Shown: positions 1 through 10,448 of the stretch, piece after piece | Layout of the letters: every line of letters starts with the position of its first letter | Position numbering within the stretch: position 1 is the first letter of the stretch | Source of the DNA: Blastocatellia bacterium | Lineage (GTDB): Bacteria; Acidobacteriota; Blastocatellia; Chloracidobacteriales; JADJPF01 | Direction of reading: 5' to 3' | Length of the DNA: 64,000 nucleotides | Assembly: GCA_039812885.1 (NCBI GenBank) | Contig: JBDIBI010000003.1 | Location: 143,237 to 207,236 of the forward strand | The notes under the pieces: generated by a model | Seen by the model: the letters and a program-made list of their open reading frames with translations, nothing else | Told to the model about the DNA's origin: nothing | The model's database searches: none | Program-made: the position numbers and the translations under genes

Positions 1-2
1 TT

Positions 3-3000
3 GTTAAGTTTGAAAAAGCTTATAAGTTTTTTCCTCTTTTTGAGCAAACACTAATTTCTCTTACTCCTAGCCCTGAAAACCAGCATTTAGCAGCACTGTT
101 TCAACAATTTAAATGGCAAGATATACGTCCAATAGGAACTATTCGTGACCAACGCTTTGTAATTGAAAAACGCCAAGAAATAAAAGTTGAAGCAGAGAAA
201 TTTAATGAAAATATTTATAAAAATGCTACTTTTACAGTCCTCTCAGCTGATAAAAGGTACTCTTTTAATGATGAACAAACAAGCGCACAAATAGCAGGCT
301 ACCAAGAAAAAGTTAAAGGAATTTTTTCTAACTTTGTTGACCTAGTTCAAGATAAACAACAGAAAAAAGAAATTTTAATGGCTAATGAGTCTGATAAGTA
401 TAATGATTATCAGAAAAAAGAAGCCTTTAAGATAGAGCTTTATTTAACACAAATGTTAGATTTAGCTATTGCTCTATTTAACGACGATTTCTTTTATCAA
501 AGCATACAAATATTTGGAATTATTAGAGAACTACGAGAGCAACATAAGTTAAAGATAGAGGATGTTAAGAAGTTTCAGGATAAAGCAGAATCTTTTAATA
601 TGCAAAAACTAGAAGATTATGCTAGTAGCCGAACAGGTTGTTTATTAATCAAACAAATACTCAGTTTATTTACTTATTGGGATCCTAAGCGAATACTTAC
701 TCACTTACAAGTGGAAGAAAGCCGCCGAGTTCGTAGATTACTACTAAAAATGCTAGAATGTTATGGTAAGGACATCTACGGTCTATTAATTGCTGAACTT
801 AGTAATAAAGCTCACACTTTACCTTGGTGGTATGCACGTAACTTAGTTTATATGTTAGGTAGGATCACTTGTGAAAATGATACTCTTAAAAATCAAGCAG
901 TTGAACAGCTTTGTACCTATTGGCAACCAAGAGCTCAACGTCAATTGGTTAATCAAATAGTTGCCACATTAGGAGCAATTGCTACTGATCTAGCTTGTGA
1001 GCGCTTAGCTGAAAGAATGAAGCTGATTGAGGCTCAAATAGATTCTGATAAACAAGCTACAGAAACTTACCAAAAGATAATTCCTGCTTTAATGGCTATA
1101 GAGTCAGATAAATCTTTAGAACTCGCTCTAGAATCTTGCCAAAGACAAGAAAAGCTTGGTCAGTATATAGATAAATTCCCTAAAATATATCTTTCTGATC
1201 GTATATTACAATATTTAATAGGGAAAATTCGTAAAGAAATACAAAAAATAAAATATACTTTTTCCTTATTAGGTGATAAAGAAACTGCATTTGAACTACT
1301 TAAGCTAATAGGTCATATGGGCAATGAGCCTGTAAAAGCTTTATGTAGGGACATTATAAAAACTCTACCTGGCAAAAATAAGCTTAGTCAAGAAGCTGAA
1401 AGAATCCTAGAACAAGTTACCCCACTGCCTTTATATGCCAAAGATCATACTTTGCAGAAGTTAGCAATGGTAAAAAATATTCCAGAAATGATATGTCATA
1501 TTCTAGAGACTTCTGCTACAGGTAAAATGATAATAAAAACTACTAAAGGTATAGAAGGCGAAATAGATTTTGAGCGTGGAATTGTTACACGCTCCTTTGT
1601 AAGAGCCTTTTACTTAGAGGGAGAGAATGCTTTTTACTGGGGATTTCTCTTAGATGTCCGTGATATTGAAAGTGTATATTTTAATGCTCCTATTTCTAGA
1701 GGAGAAACAAATATAACTAAATTTACAGAAGACTTAATTTGTGAAGGACTTGTACAACGTGGACAAGTATTACAAATTGCAGGTAGTTATATTTCTCCAG
1801 AATCTACTTTCCGACAAAAACAAGTTAAATCCTACTATACAAACTTTAATAACACAGAAGCTCCTGAAAAATATCAGCGTGTTTGGGATGCTCTTGTTAC
1901 TAATACAGATATTGCTAATTTACAACAAGTTACACAACTCTCTAAACATGATGTTTACAAGATTCTGTTCTATTTCCTAAAACAAAATATGTTAATAGTT
2001 GATGGAGATGAAGAGAAAGAAAAACTTGTTGATATTGAAAGCGGTTTAGTAACACTTAGTGCTAATTTGCAAAGAATTGAACGTAGACCAGTAATGTTTA
2101 ATTACTATCGAACCTTTGCAGAAATTTGTGCTGATTTAATGCGTACAGTACAAGATGATGTAATACGATTTGCTATAGGTGTGATACGTAATTATTGTCT
2201 TGAGTATTATGACTCTCGCAAAGTGTTCACTTCTGTAAATATAGAGATTTGTCAACAAGTTATAGAATGGTTAGCTGGTTATATCCAAAATCCTAGTGCT
2301 GAGAATCGACAATCATTATTAGATTACATCAGTTTTACTTTCCGTGTTGAAGATGCTTCACTTCAACCTCTACCACCACCACCACCACAAGTTGATGAAA
2401 ACACAGCTTTGGAAAAATTAGAAAATATTGAAATAGGCAACGATCCATTAGAAAACATAAATGATTTTGATGAATCAATGTTAGATGATGTATTTGGCTC
2501 ATTAGACAATATTTTAGGCTCTGGTGTGGGTATGGATTCAGGGGTTTTTGGTGTAGAAGAAAGCTCAGGTTTAACTGAAGCAGAAGATGCAATGATTAGA
2601 GATCTATTTGATAATATAGCATTAGCTTACGTAAAACCACTAAAAGACTATATTCGTGAACTTTATCGAAATTGGGAAGCAGAAAGAAATACTTCTTTAG
2701 AATGGATTGAAATTATTGAGCCTATTTTCTCACTACTTTCAGGTGCTTCAGCTAAAATGGGCTATCAACAAATTTCAGATGCTGTTAAATATATGGAAAG
2801 CCTAGTGATGAATGATAAGGCTTTGGCTGAACAACAAAACCGAGATCATTTTGAACAACAGGCTGCACAGCAAATAATAATGGCTTATCAAAAGCTAACA
2901 GAGTTGCAACCTAAAACCTTTGCCTTAGTTGTTTCAGAACAAGATTTAGAAGATAAGAAAGAAATTTTAATTGTTAAGTTTGTACTTAAACAAATTTCTG

Positions 3001-3479
3001 GAGTAACAGATAAAATACTTAATAAGATACTATTTGCTGGACTTAATACTTTTGATAAGTTTATGCAAACAAATGCTGATGAAATAGCTGCTTTAACTGG
3101 CATGGGCAAACCATTAGCTGAAGAAATTTATCTTAAGTTTTATCAGTACCGCAATATTTACTATCAAGATGATCCAGACTATAGTCAAAAGTTTATGACT
3201 ATGTTTGACCTAAATTTACGTTTGCTTAAACAAATGCATGAAGAAGTTGAGTTATTGATTTTTGAAGAACAATTAGGTAAAGATATTAGTGCTCTTAAAG
3301 AAGAACTTACTAATGATAGACAAAGAATGTTATGGTCACTATTTATCATGCTATGTGTTAAACAGGAGTATGATTTAATAGAAACTATACAACAATCAGT
3401 CTTTGATGTAAGAGTACAGTTACTAGATGACTATTTCTGTAGATTAGTTATGAGTATGACAGAAACAACATTAGCATAA
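3..3479 (+). CDS. Very large uncharacterised protein, 5' end outside the window
   Basis: The frame of the listed 378..3479 ORF stays open with no stop back to base 3 (VKFEKAYKFFPLFEQTL...), so the ATG at 378 is probably internal and at least 1158 aa are visible. No Walker A or catalytic motif was seen. It has a proline/acidic linker (PLPPPPPQVDEN...DFDESMLDD) and a helix-hairpin-helix-like motif ADEIAALTGMGKPLAEEIY near the C-terminus. Confidence 0.6.
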   Translation, partial: VKFEKAYKFFPLFEQTLISLTPSPENQHLAALFQQFKWQDIRPIGTIRDQRFVIEKRQEIKVEAEKFNENIYKNATFTVLSADKRYSFNDEQTSAQIAGYQEKVKGIFSNFVDLVQDKQQKKEILMANESDKYNDYQKKEAFKIELYLTQMLDLAIALFNDDFFYQSIQIFGIIRELREQHKLKIEDVKKFQDKAESFNMQKLEDYASSRTGCLLIKQILSLFTYWDPKRILTHLQVEESRRVRRLLLKMLECYGKDIYGLLIAELSNKAHTLPWWYARNLVYMLGRITCENDTLKNQAVEQLCTYWQPRAQRQLVNQIVATLGAIATDLACERLAERMKLIEAQIDSDKQATETYQKIIPALMAIESDKSLELALESCQRQEKLGQYIDKFPKIYLSDRILQYLIGKIRKEIQKIKYTFSLLGDKETAFELLKLIGHMGNEPVKALCRDIIKTLPGKNKLSQEAERILEQVTPLPLYAKDHTLQKLAMVKNIPEMICHILETSATGKMIIKTTKGIEGEIDFERGIVTRSFVRAFYLEGENAFYWGFLLDVRDIESVYFNAPISRGETNITKFTEDLICEGLVQRGQVLQIAGSYISPESTFRQKQVKSYYTNFNNTEAPEKYQRVWDALVTNTDIANLQQVTQLSKHDVYKILFYFLKQNMLIVDGDEEKEKLVDIESGLVTLSANLQRIERRPVMFNYYRTFAEICADLMRTVQDDVIRFAIGVIRNYCLEYYDSRKVFTSVNIEICQQVIEWLAGYIQNPSAENRQSLLDYISFTFRVEDASLQPLPPPPPQVDENTALEKLENIEIGNDPLENINDFDESMLDDVFGSLDNILGSGVGMDSGVFGVEESSGLTEAEDAMIRDLFDNIALAYVKPLKDYIRELYRNWEAERNTSLEWIEIIEPIFSLLSGASAKMGYQQISDAVKYMESLVMNDKALAEQQNRDHFEQQAAQQIIMAYQKLTELQPKTFALVVSEQDLEDKKEILIVKFVLKQISGVTDKILNKILFAGLNTFDKFMQTNADEIAALTGMGKPLAEEIYLKFYQYRNIYYQDDPDYSQKFMTMFDLNLRLLKQMHEEVELLIFEEQLGKDISALKEELTNDRQRMLWSLFIMLCVKQEYDLIETIQQSVFDVRVQLLDDYFCRLVMSMTETTLA

Positions 3480-3596
3480 TAAATTGATTTTTAGGTTGCT
3501 TTTCCTCACACAATACTGCATAAACTCGTTATTTATGTTATGATTGCCGTTAAAATGCCCTACATTGCTTTAAAATAAAAATAGCCTTAGATCAAA

Positions 3597-6482
3597 ATGC
3601 AAAATTTTAGCAGCAAAAATAAACAATTCTCCCGCTCAACAGATGATTTATTACAACCTTCTGCTGAAGATATTGAGCGTGAATTACAAGAAAAGCTAGC
3701 CTCTTTGGGTATTAACTTAAGTGGTGGCAGTTCTTCTTTTAGTACACGTGCTACAGGGGCATTACCAGGTGGTTCAGTTGATAAACGTACAACTACACTT
3801 GATATAGGAGAATTGCGTAATGCACTTAAACAGCAAATTAGCATTGCAGAAATAAAGACAGAAATAGAAAAAACTATTCGTCAAATAATTAAAGCTGGGC
3901 CTATTTCACATGGCGAGACACAAGAATTAGAACTAAAAGCTGCTATGTTAATGATTCCTTATTGTAGAGAGTATATACCAGATTTTCCTGAAGAAGTTAG
4001 ACCCGCAGAATTTGCTGTAGATCTTAATTTACAAGATATTATTGATTTTCACTCAGACACTAGTGAGCTTTCAGAAGAAGAATTAATAGAAACAATTGAG
4101 CAATATGCTGTTCAAATTATTCAAACTTTACTTAGTCATCCTCTAATTCCACAAAAAGATGCAAAAAAGATAGGTGTTGATCTAAAAACTACATCCTTAA
4201 AAGACGAACGAGGTACAGCAATGTACTCTAGTAGTGATGCTCAGTTTCTAGAAGTACTTTTTGGGGAAGCCAAACTTCTAGAAAGAGGTGGAGAGGTTGG
4301 TCTTTTAGCTATTTTAATCTCTGCAAAAAAATGGAACAAAATAGATAGTGAAACTCTCTTTAATAATGCGGTTTTATATACTTTAGAAGCTATGGCTAAA
4401 AGAAAAGGAGTTCCTTCTATTATTTTACGTAGCCAAGGCGGAGATCACCCAATAGCCTATATTTTAGGCGAGTATATTGTTCATTGTATTGATCAATCTC
4501 TAGAATCATTAATTAAATTTGTAGAAGATTTTATTACTATTGTTTACGATGCTCTTAATGCTCCTAAAGAAGAATTTCTTAATAATATTTATCATCAGTA
4601 TTTACCTAAGCTTAAAACTATTTTTCATAATTCTATACATGAATCTTTTGATCGTTTTATCGAAACTTTCCGCCGCGAATACCAAAATTCTCAACAAACT
4701 ATTCGTAGTAAAGTATTCTTTCTTAAACGTGTAGGGGATCTTTGTGAGCTTTCTTTTTACACTTATGAAGCTATTAACGCTTTGCAATCAGCTTCAGGTG
4801 AAGTATATGCAAAAGAAAATTTAGATGAAGGCACTAAGCACTATGCAGTACGTAATAATATTCCTTTGGATGAAAGCTTAGATATACTTTCACAAAAAAA
4901 CACTCTAGCAGATTTACTTTTATTTATCTTAAAACAAAGGTGTTCACTTCAAAAAGATGGCATAAAAGCACATTTTGTTTCTAAGTTGATGAATGATACG
5001 CTATTTTTTTTAGATAGTTTGCGTAGGGTATTTGATCATAGCTATGCACGTGGCCGAGCAGTTTCTAGTAGTGATTATAGCAATTGGGAAGAAGTTGTAG
5101 CAGATTGTTCACGTGGGTATGGACGCTTAGTTTTTGGACGTAATTTAAATGATACAGAAAGATATCATTTTGAGAATATATATAGAAAGCTTTTGGAAAA
5201 ACATTTATCTTTCTTTGATTTACAATCTCCTATGGTTTTTTCAGGTTCAGACTTTAAGCTAGAAAAACTAGCTAAGACAAAAAGCCCAGAAGATGCACTC
5301 AAAGAAAAGTTTTTACAGTTTTTAATAGCACTTCATCAAGCTTTGCTTAATTTTAATCCTGACAAACCGGATGAAATAATTAAAGTAAAAGATAATTTAG
5401 ATGTTTTAGCAAAAACACTACCTAATTCAAATGTTTCTGCTCAACAAAATAACACAGCTGCTTTTACTCTAGAAGCTGTACAGACTCGTGTATTGCTTTC
5501 ACAAAGCGAATTACCATTTTCTGATTACACAATAGAAGCTCTTTTAGCGGCAGTTACTCCTGATGCAAAGGATAAAACCCTTTTAACACAAGCTTTGCGT
5601 GCCTCTATTGAACTATCTGAAAAAGCTACAATTGGTGAAGAATTTTTAGCTGCAATAAATTTTCTTCAGAATTTGCGACAGCGCATTAGCTTGATTATTA
5701 GTTTCAATGAACAAGAAAAAGAACAATGGAACACTACAATTGCTGCTTCATTAAAGGATTTGCAACAAGGTGATCCTATTGCACTTTCTTCTTATGGAAT
5801 AATTCTCAGTGAAATAGATGAATGGGAATTATCAGCAGAACGTATTTTAAGCGAATGGAAAAACCCAGAAACTACAATTTTGCGAATACAACAAATTCTT
5901 TTTATTCTGCTACTTAAACGTAACAATGCAGAAATGCAAAATTTAATAGATCAATATCAACGTTGGATTAGTTTAAATACTTTGCCTAGTAGCTCTGTAC
6001 GTCGTAAAGTCTTTGAGAAACGTCTTCAAATATTGCTAAAATTTTCTCGTCAAAGTCCAATAAGAATTAACTTTTTAAAATTTTTGTTGTCTATGATGAG
6101 ATATGCACAATTATCTTATCAAGTAACAAATTGGGAGCAACCAGAAGCTTATTTACTAGAAGACTTATTAGCTGTAGAAACACCTACAAGACGAATTCAG
6201 CAAATTGATACAATACTTTCTACTAAAGAACCGGAAAAAGTCCAAAATCTGGTTCAAAAATTTGCTAGCGTATTGCAAGAACGTTTCCAACAAAGTGCTT
6301 CAGGTTATAGTTATTATACCGACGAGGAAAAATCACTAATGCAAGATAGATTAAGCAAATTTGAAGCTATTAGTAAACGTACTTCTTGGCAAGCTACTAA
6401 AGAACGTTGGCTTTTTTCTCTGGGTCATTTTTTGGTTAAACCAATGAAGAAATTGTCTAATCAACAAATAGTCGATAATTAG
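3597..6482 (+). CDS. Large uncharacterised protein (961 aa)
   Basis: Long uninterrupted ORF, co-directional with and 117 bp downstream of the previous giant ORF. I could recognise no enzymatic or nucleotide-binding motif. The composition looks mostly helical. Confidence 0.55.
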   Translation: MQNFSSKNKQFSRSTDDLLQPSAEDIERELQEKLASLGINLSGGSSSFSTRATGALPGGSVDKRTTTLDIGELRNALKQQISIAEIKTEIEKTIRQIIKAGPISHGETQELELKAAMLMIPYCREYIPDFPEEVRPAEFAVDLNLQDIIDFHSDTSELSEEELIETIEQYAVQIIQTLLSHPLIPQKDAKKIGVDLKTTSLKDERGTAMYSSSDAQFLEVLFGEAKLLERGGEVGLLAILISAKKWNKIDSETLFNNAVLYTLEAMAKRKGVPSIILRSQGGDHPIAYILGEYIVHCIDQSLESLIKFVEDFITIVYDALNAPKEEFLNNIYHQYLPKLKTIFHNSIHESFDRFIETFRREYQNSQQTIRSKVFFLKRVGDLCELSFYTYEAINALQSASGEVYAKENLDEGTKHYAVRNNIPLDESLDILSQKNTLADLLLFILKQRCSLQKDGIKAHFVSKLMNDTLFFLDSLRRVFDHSYARGRAVSSSDYSNWEEVVADCSRGYGRLVFGRNLNDTERYHFENIYRKLLEKHLSFFDLQSPMVFSGSDFKLEKLAKTKSPEDALKEKFLQFLIALHQALLNFNPDKPDEIIKVKDNLDVLAKTLPNSNVSAQQNNTAAFTLEAVQTRVLLSQSELPFSDYTIEALLAAVTPDAKDKTLLTQALRASIELSEKATIGEEFLAAINFLQNLRQRISLIISFNEQEKEQWNTTIAASLKDLQQGDPIALSSYGIILSEIDEWELSAERILSEWKNPETTILRIQQILFILLLKRNNAEMQNLIDQYQRWISLNTLPSSSVRRKVFEKRLQILLKFSRQSPIRINFLKFLLSMMRYAQLSYQVTNWEQPEAYLLEDLLAVETPTRRIQQIDTILSTKEPEKVQNLVQKFASVLQERFQQSASGYSYYTDEEKSLMQDRLSKFEAISKRTSWQATKERWLFSLGHFLVKPMKKLSNQQIVDN

Positions 6483-6502
6483 TTAATTAATTAATATGTT
6501 TT

Positions 6503-6841
6503 ATGGAGGGTAAAGTGCCTATATCCGCTCAAGAACGTTTAGCATCACTAAAAGAACTGCTAAAAGAAAATCCTAATGATGCCTTTGTTCATTATGGAAT
6601 AGCTGATACTTATTATAAACTTGGGGAATTAGAAAAGTCTATTGAGCATATTGAAGCTTACTTAAAGCTTGCTGATGACGAAGGTGCTGTCTATCGTATT
6701 TGGGGACATTCGCTTCTTAGGTTAGGCCGTACACAAGAAGCTAAAGAAGTTTTTGAAAAGGGAATTAAAGCAGCCGAACGCCATAATCATCCAAGTATGG
6801 TTGATGAATTTAGAGATACTATAGAAGATGAATGTGAATAA
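6503..6841 (+). CDS. Small TPR-like repeat protein
   Basis: 112 aa with TPR-like helical hairpins (AFVHYGIADTYYKLGELEKSIEHIEAYLKL; VYRIWGHSLLRLGRTQEAKEVFEKGIK). It starts 20 bp after the 961-aa ORF. Confidence 0.6.
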   Translation: MEGKVPISAQERLASLKELLKENPNDAFVHYGIADTYYKLGELEKSIEHIEAYLKLADDEGAVYRIWGHSLLRLGRTQEAKEVFEKGIKAAERHNHPSMVDEFRDTIEDECE

Positions 6842-7019
6842 GCTATAGTATTGTAACTGATGTAATAACTAGACTAAAAAAGTACTTTAACGAATTTGAG
6901 TATTACTAGGAGTTGCCTAAGTTTTCAGCAGAAGTTATTATTTTTAGTATTTAACTTAAAGAGCTTCTGATTTAACCCAAACAAGAAAATAGGCAGTTGG
7001 AGTTTATTAAGTAACCATT

Positions 7020-10000
7020 ATGAGACTAACACCATCTATTGAAGCAGTTTTAGGGACAGTGATTGATGGAAAATATCGTCTCGATAGTTTGGTTGGTATA
7101 GGTGGAATGGGACGAGTTTTTCGTGCTACTCACCTACAACTTAATAAAACTTTTGCCCTTAAGCTAATGAGCTTTCCTGCTAATGATTCCCCTCAACTTG
7201 CTAGATTTAAACGTGAAGCAGAAGCACTAGGTAAAATACGCCATCCAAATGTAGTAGGTGTTACCGATTTCGGTATCACATCTAATCATACACCTTATAT
7301 AGTTATGGAATATGTTGAAGGTGTATCACTACGTACTATGATGGAACGTCAAGGGCGTTTAAATGAGCGTCAGGCTGTACTAATTGCTAGGCAAGTTTGT
7401 GCTGGTCTTTATGCTGCTCACTTACAAGGTATTGTACATCGTGATTTGAAACCAGAAAATATCATGATAGAAGATCTTGTAGATGGTGAATTATTAGTTA
7501 GAGTTTTGGACTTTAGTATTGCCAAATTGTTACAGGTTGATGATGAAGATGACAATATAAGTGAGCATGAAGAATTGTTAGGGACAGTGAAATATATGAC
7601 ACCAGAACAATTCTTAGGTAGTGTAGTGGATGCTCGCTCAGATATTTTTGGTATATGTTTAGTTGTTTATGAAATGCTTGCAGGAATTGTTCCACCTGCT
7701 ACTGTTTCACTTGCACAGCCTTTGCGAGAAGTAAGAACTGATATTTCTCCTCGTCTGAGCGATATTTTACAAAAAGGACTTTCCACACTACCAGAAAAAC
7801 GCCAACAATCCACTTTAGAGCTAAAACGTGAGTTTGAAAGTTTAGAATTTACCAGTAATGTTGATGCTAGCACTCAGTATTCACAAAGTCTTAGCAGACA
7901 TAGCTTAAATACTCCTGGAGAGTCACTAGTTTCTTTAGAGTTAGAGATTGGTAAAGATATTTCTTATTACCGCATTCTTGAGAAACTAGGCGAAGGTGGA
8001 ATGGGGGAAGTTTACCTAGCTGAAGATACTAGATTAGGTCGCAAAGTTGCTCTTAAGCTACTTCCAACAGAAATTATTAAAGATCCAGTTAGAATTAAAA
8101 GATTTGAACAGGAAGCCCGCACAGCTTCAGCTCTAAACCATCCAAATATAATTACTATTTATGAAATAGGTAATTTTGAAAGAATCTACTTTATTGCAAC
8201 AGAATATATTGAAGGCTTTACTTTAAGACAAAGAATATCTGAAGGGCTTTCTATGAAGGAAGCTTTGGAAATTGCAATACAAATAGCTAATGCCTTAGCT
8301 GTTGCTCATCCAGCAGGTGTGGTACATCGTGATATTAAGCCTGGCAATATAATGTTGCGTTCAGATGGATATGTTAAAATTTTAGATTTCGGACTAGCGA
8401 AATTTACGGATATTGATGAATCAAACCAAAAACCAAAAGAATTAGTTGGAACTAATACAGAAGCAGGGAAAATCATTGGGACTCCCAAATATATGTCTCC
8501 TGAACAAGCTCGTGGTCAAGCTGTAGATGCTCGTACAGATATTTTTAGTTTTGGGGTCGTTCTTTATCAAATGTTTACAAGTAAAGTGCCTTTTGATGGA
8601 GCTACTAATTCAGATATCATCGTTTCAGTCCTAGAGCATGAACCTGTTCCAATTAGCTATTACTTGCTCCAATGTCCTCCAGAACTAGAGAGAATTATTT
8701 CTAAAGCTTTACGCAAAGATAAAGATGAGCGTTATCAAACAGTTAAAGATATGCTCTTGGATCTAAAAAACTTAAAGCAGAAACTTGATTTTGAAAATGA
8801 ATTTAACCGTAGTTCTAATTCAGAGGCTTCTAGTTCAAGTGGAGAGAACCTTTATACAAACAAAATAGATATAACAAATAAAATAGAAACTTCAGATAAT
8901 ACAGAAAAGAGCTTAAAACCCCAGGAAATATCTACAAATACTAATACTCCTAGAAAAAAAACAGCAATACTAGCTATATGGATATTGGTCTTATTAGTAG
9001 TCAGTTTAACAACAGGCTATTTAGTTTTTTACAAAAAAGGTTTTAACAGCAAGAAAGCCCGTAGTTTAGCAATATTGCCATTTCGCAATATGAAAAAAGA
9101 TGCAGATACAGATTTTCTTAGCTTTTCTCTTGCTGATGCAGTAATTAATAAATTAGGTTATGTGGATTCTTTAACCTTACGCCCTTCTTCTGCTATTAAT
9201 AAATACCGAAACCAAGATGATATTGATTCTAAAAAAGTAGCCAGTGAACTCCATGTTAATACTCTGTTACTGGGAAGTTTTCAAAAAGAAGGTGACGACT
9301 TAAGAATTACAGCACAACTTGTAGATGTAGATAATGATCAAGTAATTTGGGTTGATACCCTAAATGTTAAGTACGATAAATTGCTAACTGTACAAAGTAA
9401 AGTCGCAAATCAAATAGTTAAAGGACTAGAAATAAAACTTAATCCAAATGAGGCTGAAGAACTAAAACGCAATTTAACAGCTGACCCTCTAGCTTATGAA
9501 TATTGTTTGCGGAGCGTAGATTTATTAGCACTTTCTGCCAATAATTTTCCTAGAGCTCAAGAAATGCTTGAAAAAGCTGTATCAATAGATCGCAATTATG
9601 CCTTAGCTTGGGCTTACTTGGGATTATGTTATTCTTCTGCTGCTACGGCTCAATATAAAGGCTCAGAGTACTATACTAAAGCCCAGGAAGCCTATGATAA
9701 AGCGATAGATTTAGATAAAGATCAAATTGAAGCTCGTCTCTTTAGCGCTACATTACTAACAGATACTGGTCATGTGGAAGAGGCTGTTAATAGGCTAAAG
9801 AAAATAATAGAGAAAAAACCTCGTTTAGCTTCAGCTTATTGGGAACTAAGTTATGCTTATCGTTATGCTGGTATGTTAAATGAATCCATTATTGTTGGTG
9901 AACGAGCTATAGACTTAGACCCAAGTGTAATGAATAGAACATTTAATAGCTATTTTTATAATCAAGAATATCAAAAATTTATAGATAGTCTGCCAGCTTT

Positions 10001-10448
10001 AGAAGACTCATACTTTATATTCTATCGAGGTTTTGGTTTTTATTACCTAAAAGATTTTACTAAAGCTAAACAAGAATTTGATAAAGCTTATAAACTCAAC
10101 CCAGATCAGCTTTTTGCTCAAGTTGGAAAAGCCTTTAGCCTTTCTATTGAAAATAAAGCAAATGAAGGTATTGCTTTGCTAAAAGGTAGTGAAAAGAAAA
10201 TTAGAGAAGGAGGCGTAAGCGATGGAGAAGCTATCTACAAAATAGCTCAAGCTTATGCGGTTTTAGGAGATAAAGCTTCAGCTCTAGAGACTTTGCGATT
10301 GAGCATTGAAAAAGGCTTTTTTTGCTATCCTTATTTTACGAGAGATGAATTGTTAAATAACATTCGCTCAGAAAAAGAGTTTTCTGACATAATGGAAAGT
10401 GCTCATAAACGCCATGAAGATTTTAAGAAAAGATTTTCTAGCTTTTAG
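7020..10448 (+). CDS. Tandem (double) Ser/Thr protein kinase, TM helix, periplasmic domain and TPR repeats
   Basis: Kinase domain 1: GIGGMGRVF, FALKLM, HRDLKPEN, DFSIAK (DFG replaced by DFS), GTVKYMTPEQ. Kinase domain 2: GEGGMGEVY, VALKLL, HRDIKPGN, DFGLAK, GTPKYMSPEQ. A TM segment (ILAIWILVLLVVSLTTGYLVFY) follows, then SLAILPFRN...FLSFSLADAVINKL and multiple TPR-like repeats. Confidence 0.85.
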   Translation: MRLTPSIEAVLGTVIDGKYRLDSLVGIGGMGRVFRATHLQLNKTFALKLMSFPANDSPQLARFKREAEALGKIRHPNVVGVTDFGITSNHTPYIVMEYVEGVSLRTMMERQGRLNERQAVLIARQVCAGLYAAHLQGIVHRDLKPENIMIEDLVDGELLVRVLDFSIAKLLQVDDEDDNISEHEELLGTVKYMTPEQFLGSVVDARSDIFGICLVVYEMLAGIVPPATVSLAQPLREVRTDISPRLSDILQKGLSTLPEKRQQSTLELKREFESLEFTSNVDASTQYSQSLSRHSLNTPGESLVSLELEIGKDISYYRILEKLGEGGMGEVYLAEDTRLGRKVALKLLPTEIIKDPVRIKRFEQEARTASALNHPNIITIYEIGNFERIYFIATEYIEGFTLRQRISEGLSMKEALEIAIQIANALAVAHPAGVVHRDIKPGNIMLRSDGYVKILDFGLAKFTDIDESNQKPKELVGTNTEAGKIIGTPKYMSPEQARGQAVDARTDIFSFGVVLYQMFTSKVPFDGATNSDIIVSVLEHEPVPISYYLLQCPPELERIISKALRKDKDERYQTVKDMLLDLKNLKQKLDFENEFNRSSNSEASSSSGENLYTNKIDITNKIETSDNTEKSLKPQEISTNTNTPRKKTAILAIWILVLLVVSLTTGYLVFYKKGFNSKKARSLAILPFRNMKKDADTDFLSFSLADAVINKLGYVDSLTLRPSSAINKYRNQDDIDSKKVASELHVNTLLLGSFQKEGDDLRITAQLVDVDNDQVIWVDTLNVKYDKLLTVQSKVANQIVKGLEIKLNPNEAEELKRNLTADPLAYEYCLRSVDLLALSANNFPRAQEMLEKAVSIDRNYALAWAYLGLCYSSAATAQYKGSEYYTKAQEAYDKAIDLDKDQIEARLFSATLLTDTGHVEEAVNRLKKIIEKKPRLASAYWELSYAYRYAGMLNESIIVGERAIDLDPSVMNRTFNSYFYNQEYQKFIDSLPALEDSYFIFYRGFGFYYLKDFTKAKQEFDKAYKLNPDQLFAQVGKAFSLSIENKANEGIALLKGSEKKIREGGVSDGEAIYKIAQAYAVLGDKASALETLRLSIEKGFFCYPYFTRDELLNNIRSEKEFSDIMESAHKRHEDFKKRFSSF

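Noticed and set aside
1741-4787. Short ORFs nested in or antisense to the two giant genes (1741-1980, 2335-2592, 2888-3109, 3587-3844, 4540-4734, 4602-4787).
   Set aside because: They lie wholly inside much longer ORFs. Their translations are low-complexity and hydrophobic, typical of off-frame reading of AT-rich coding DNA, and they have no RBS.
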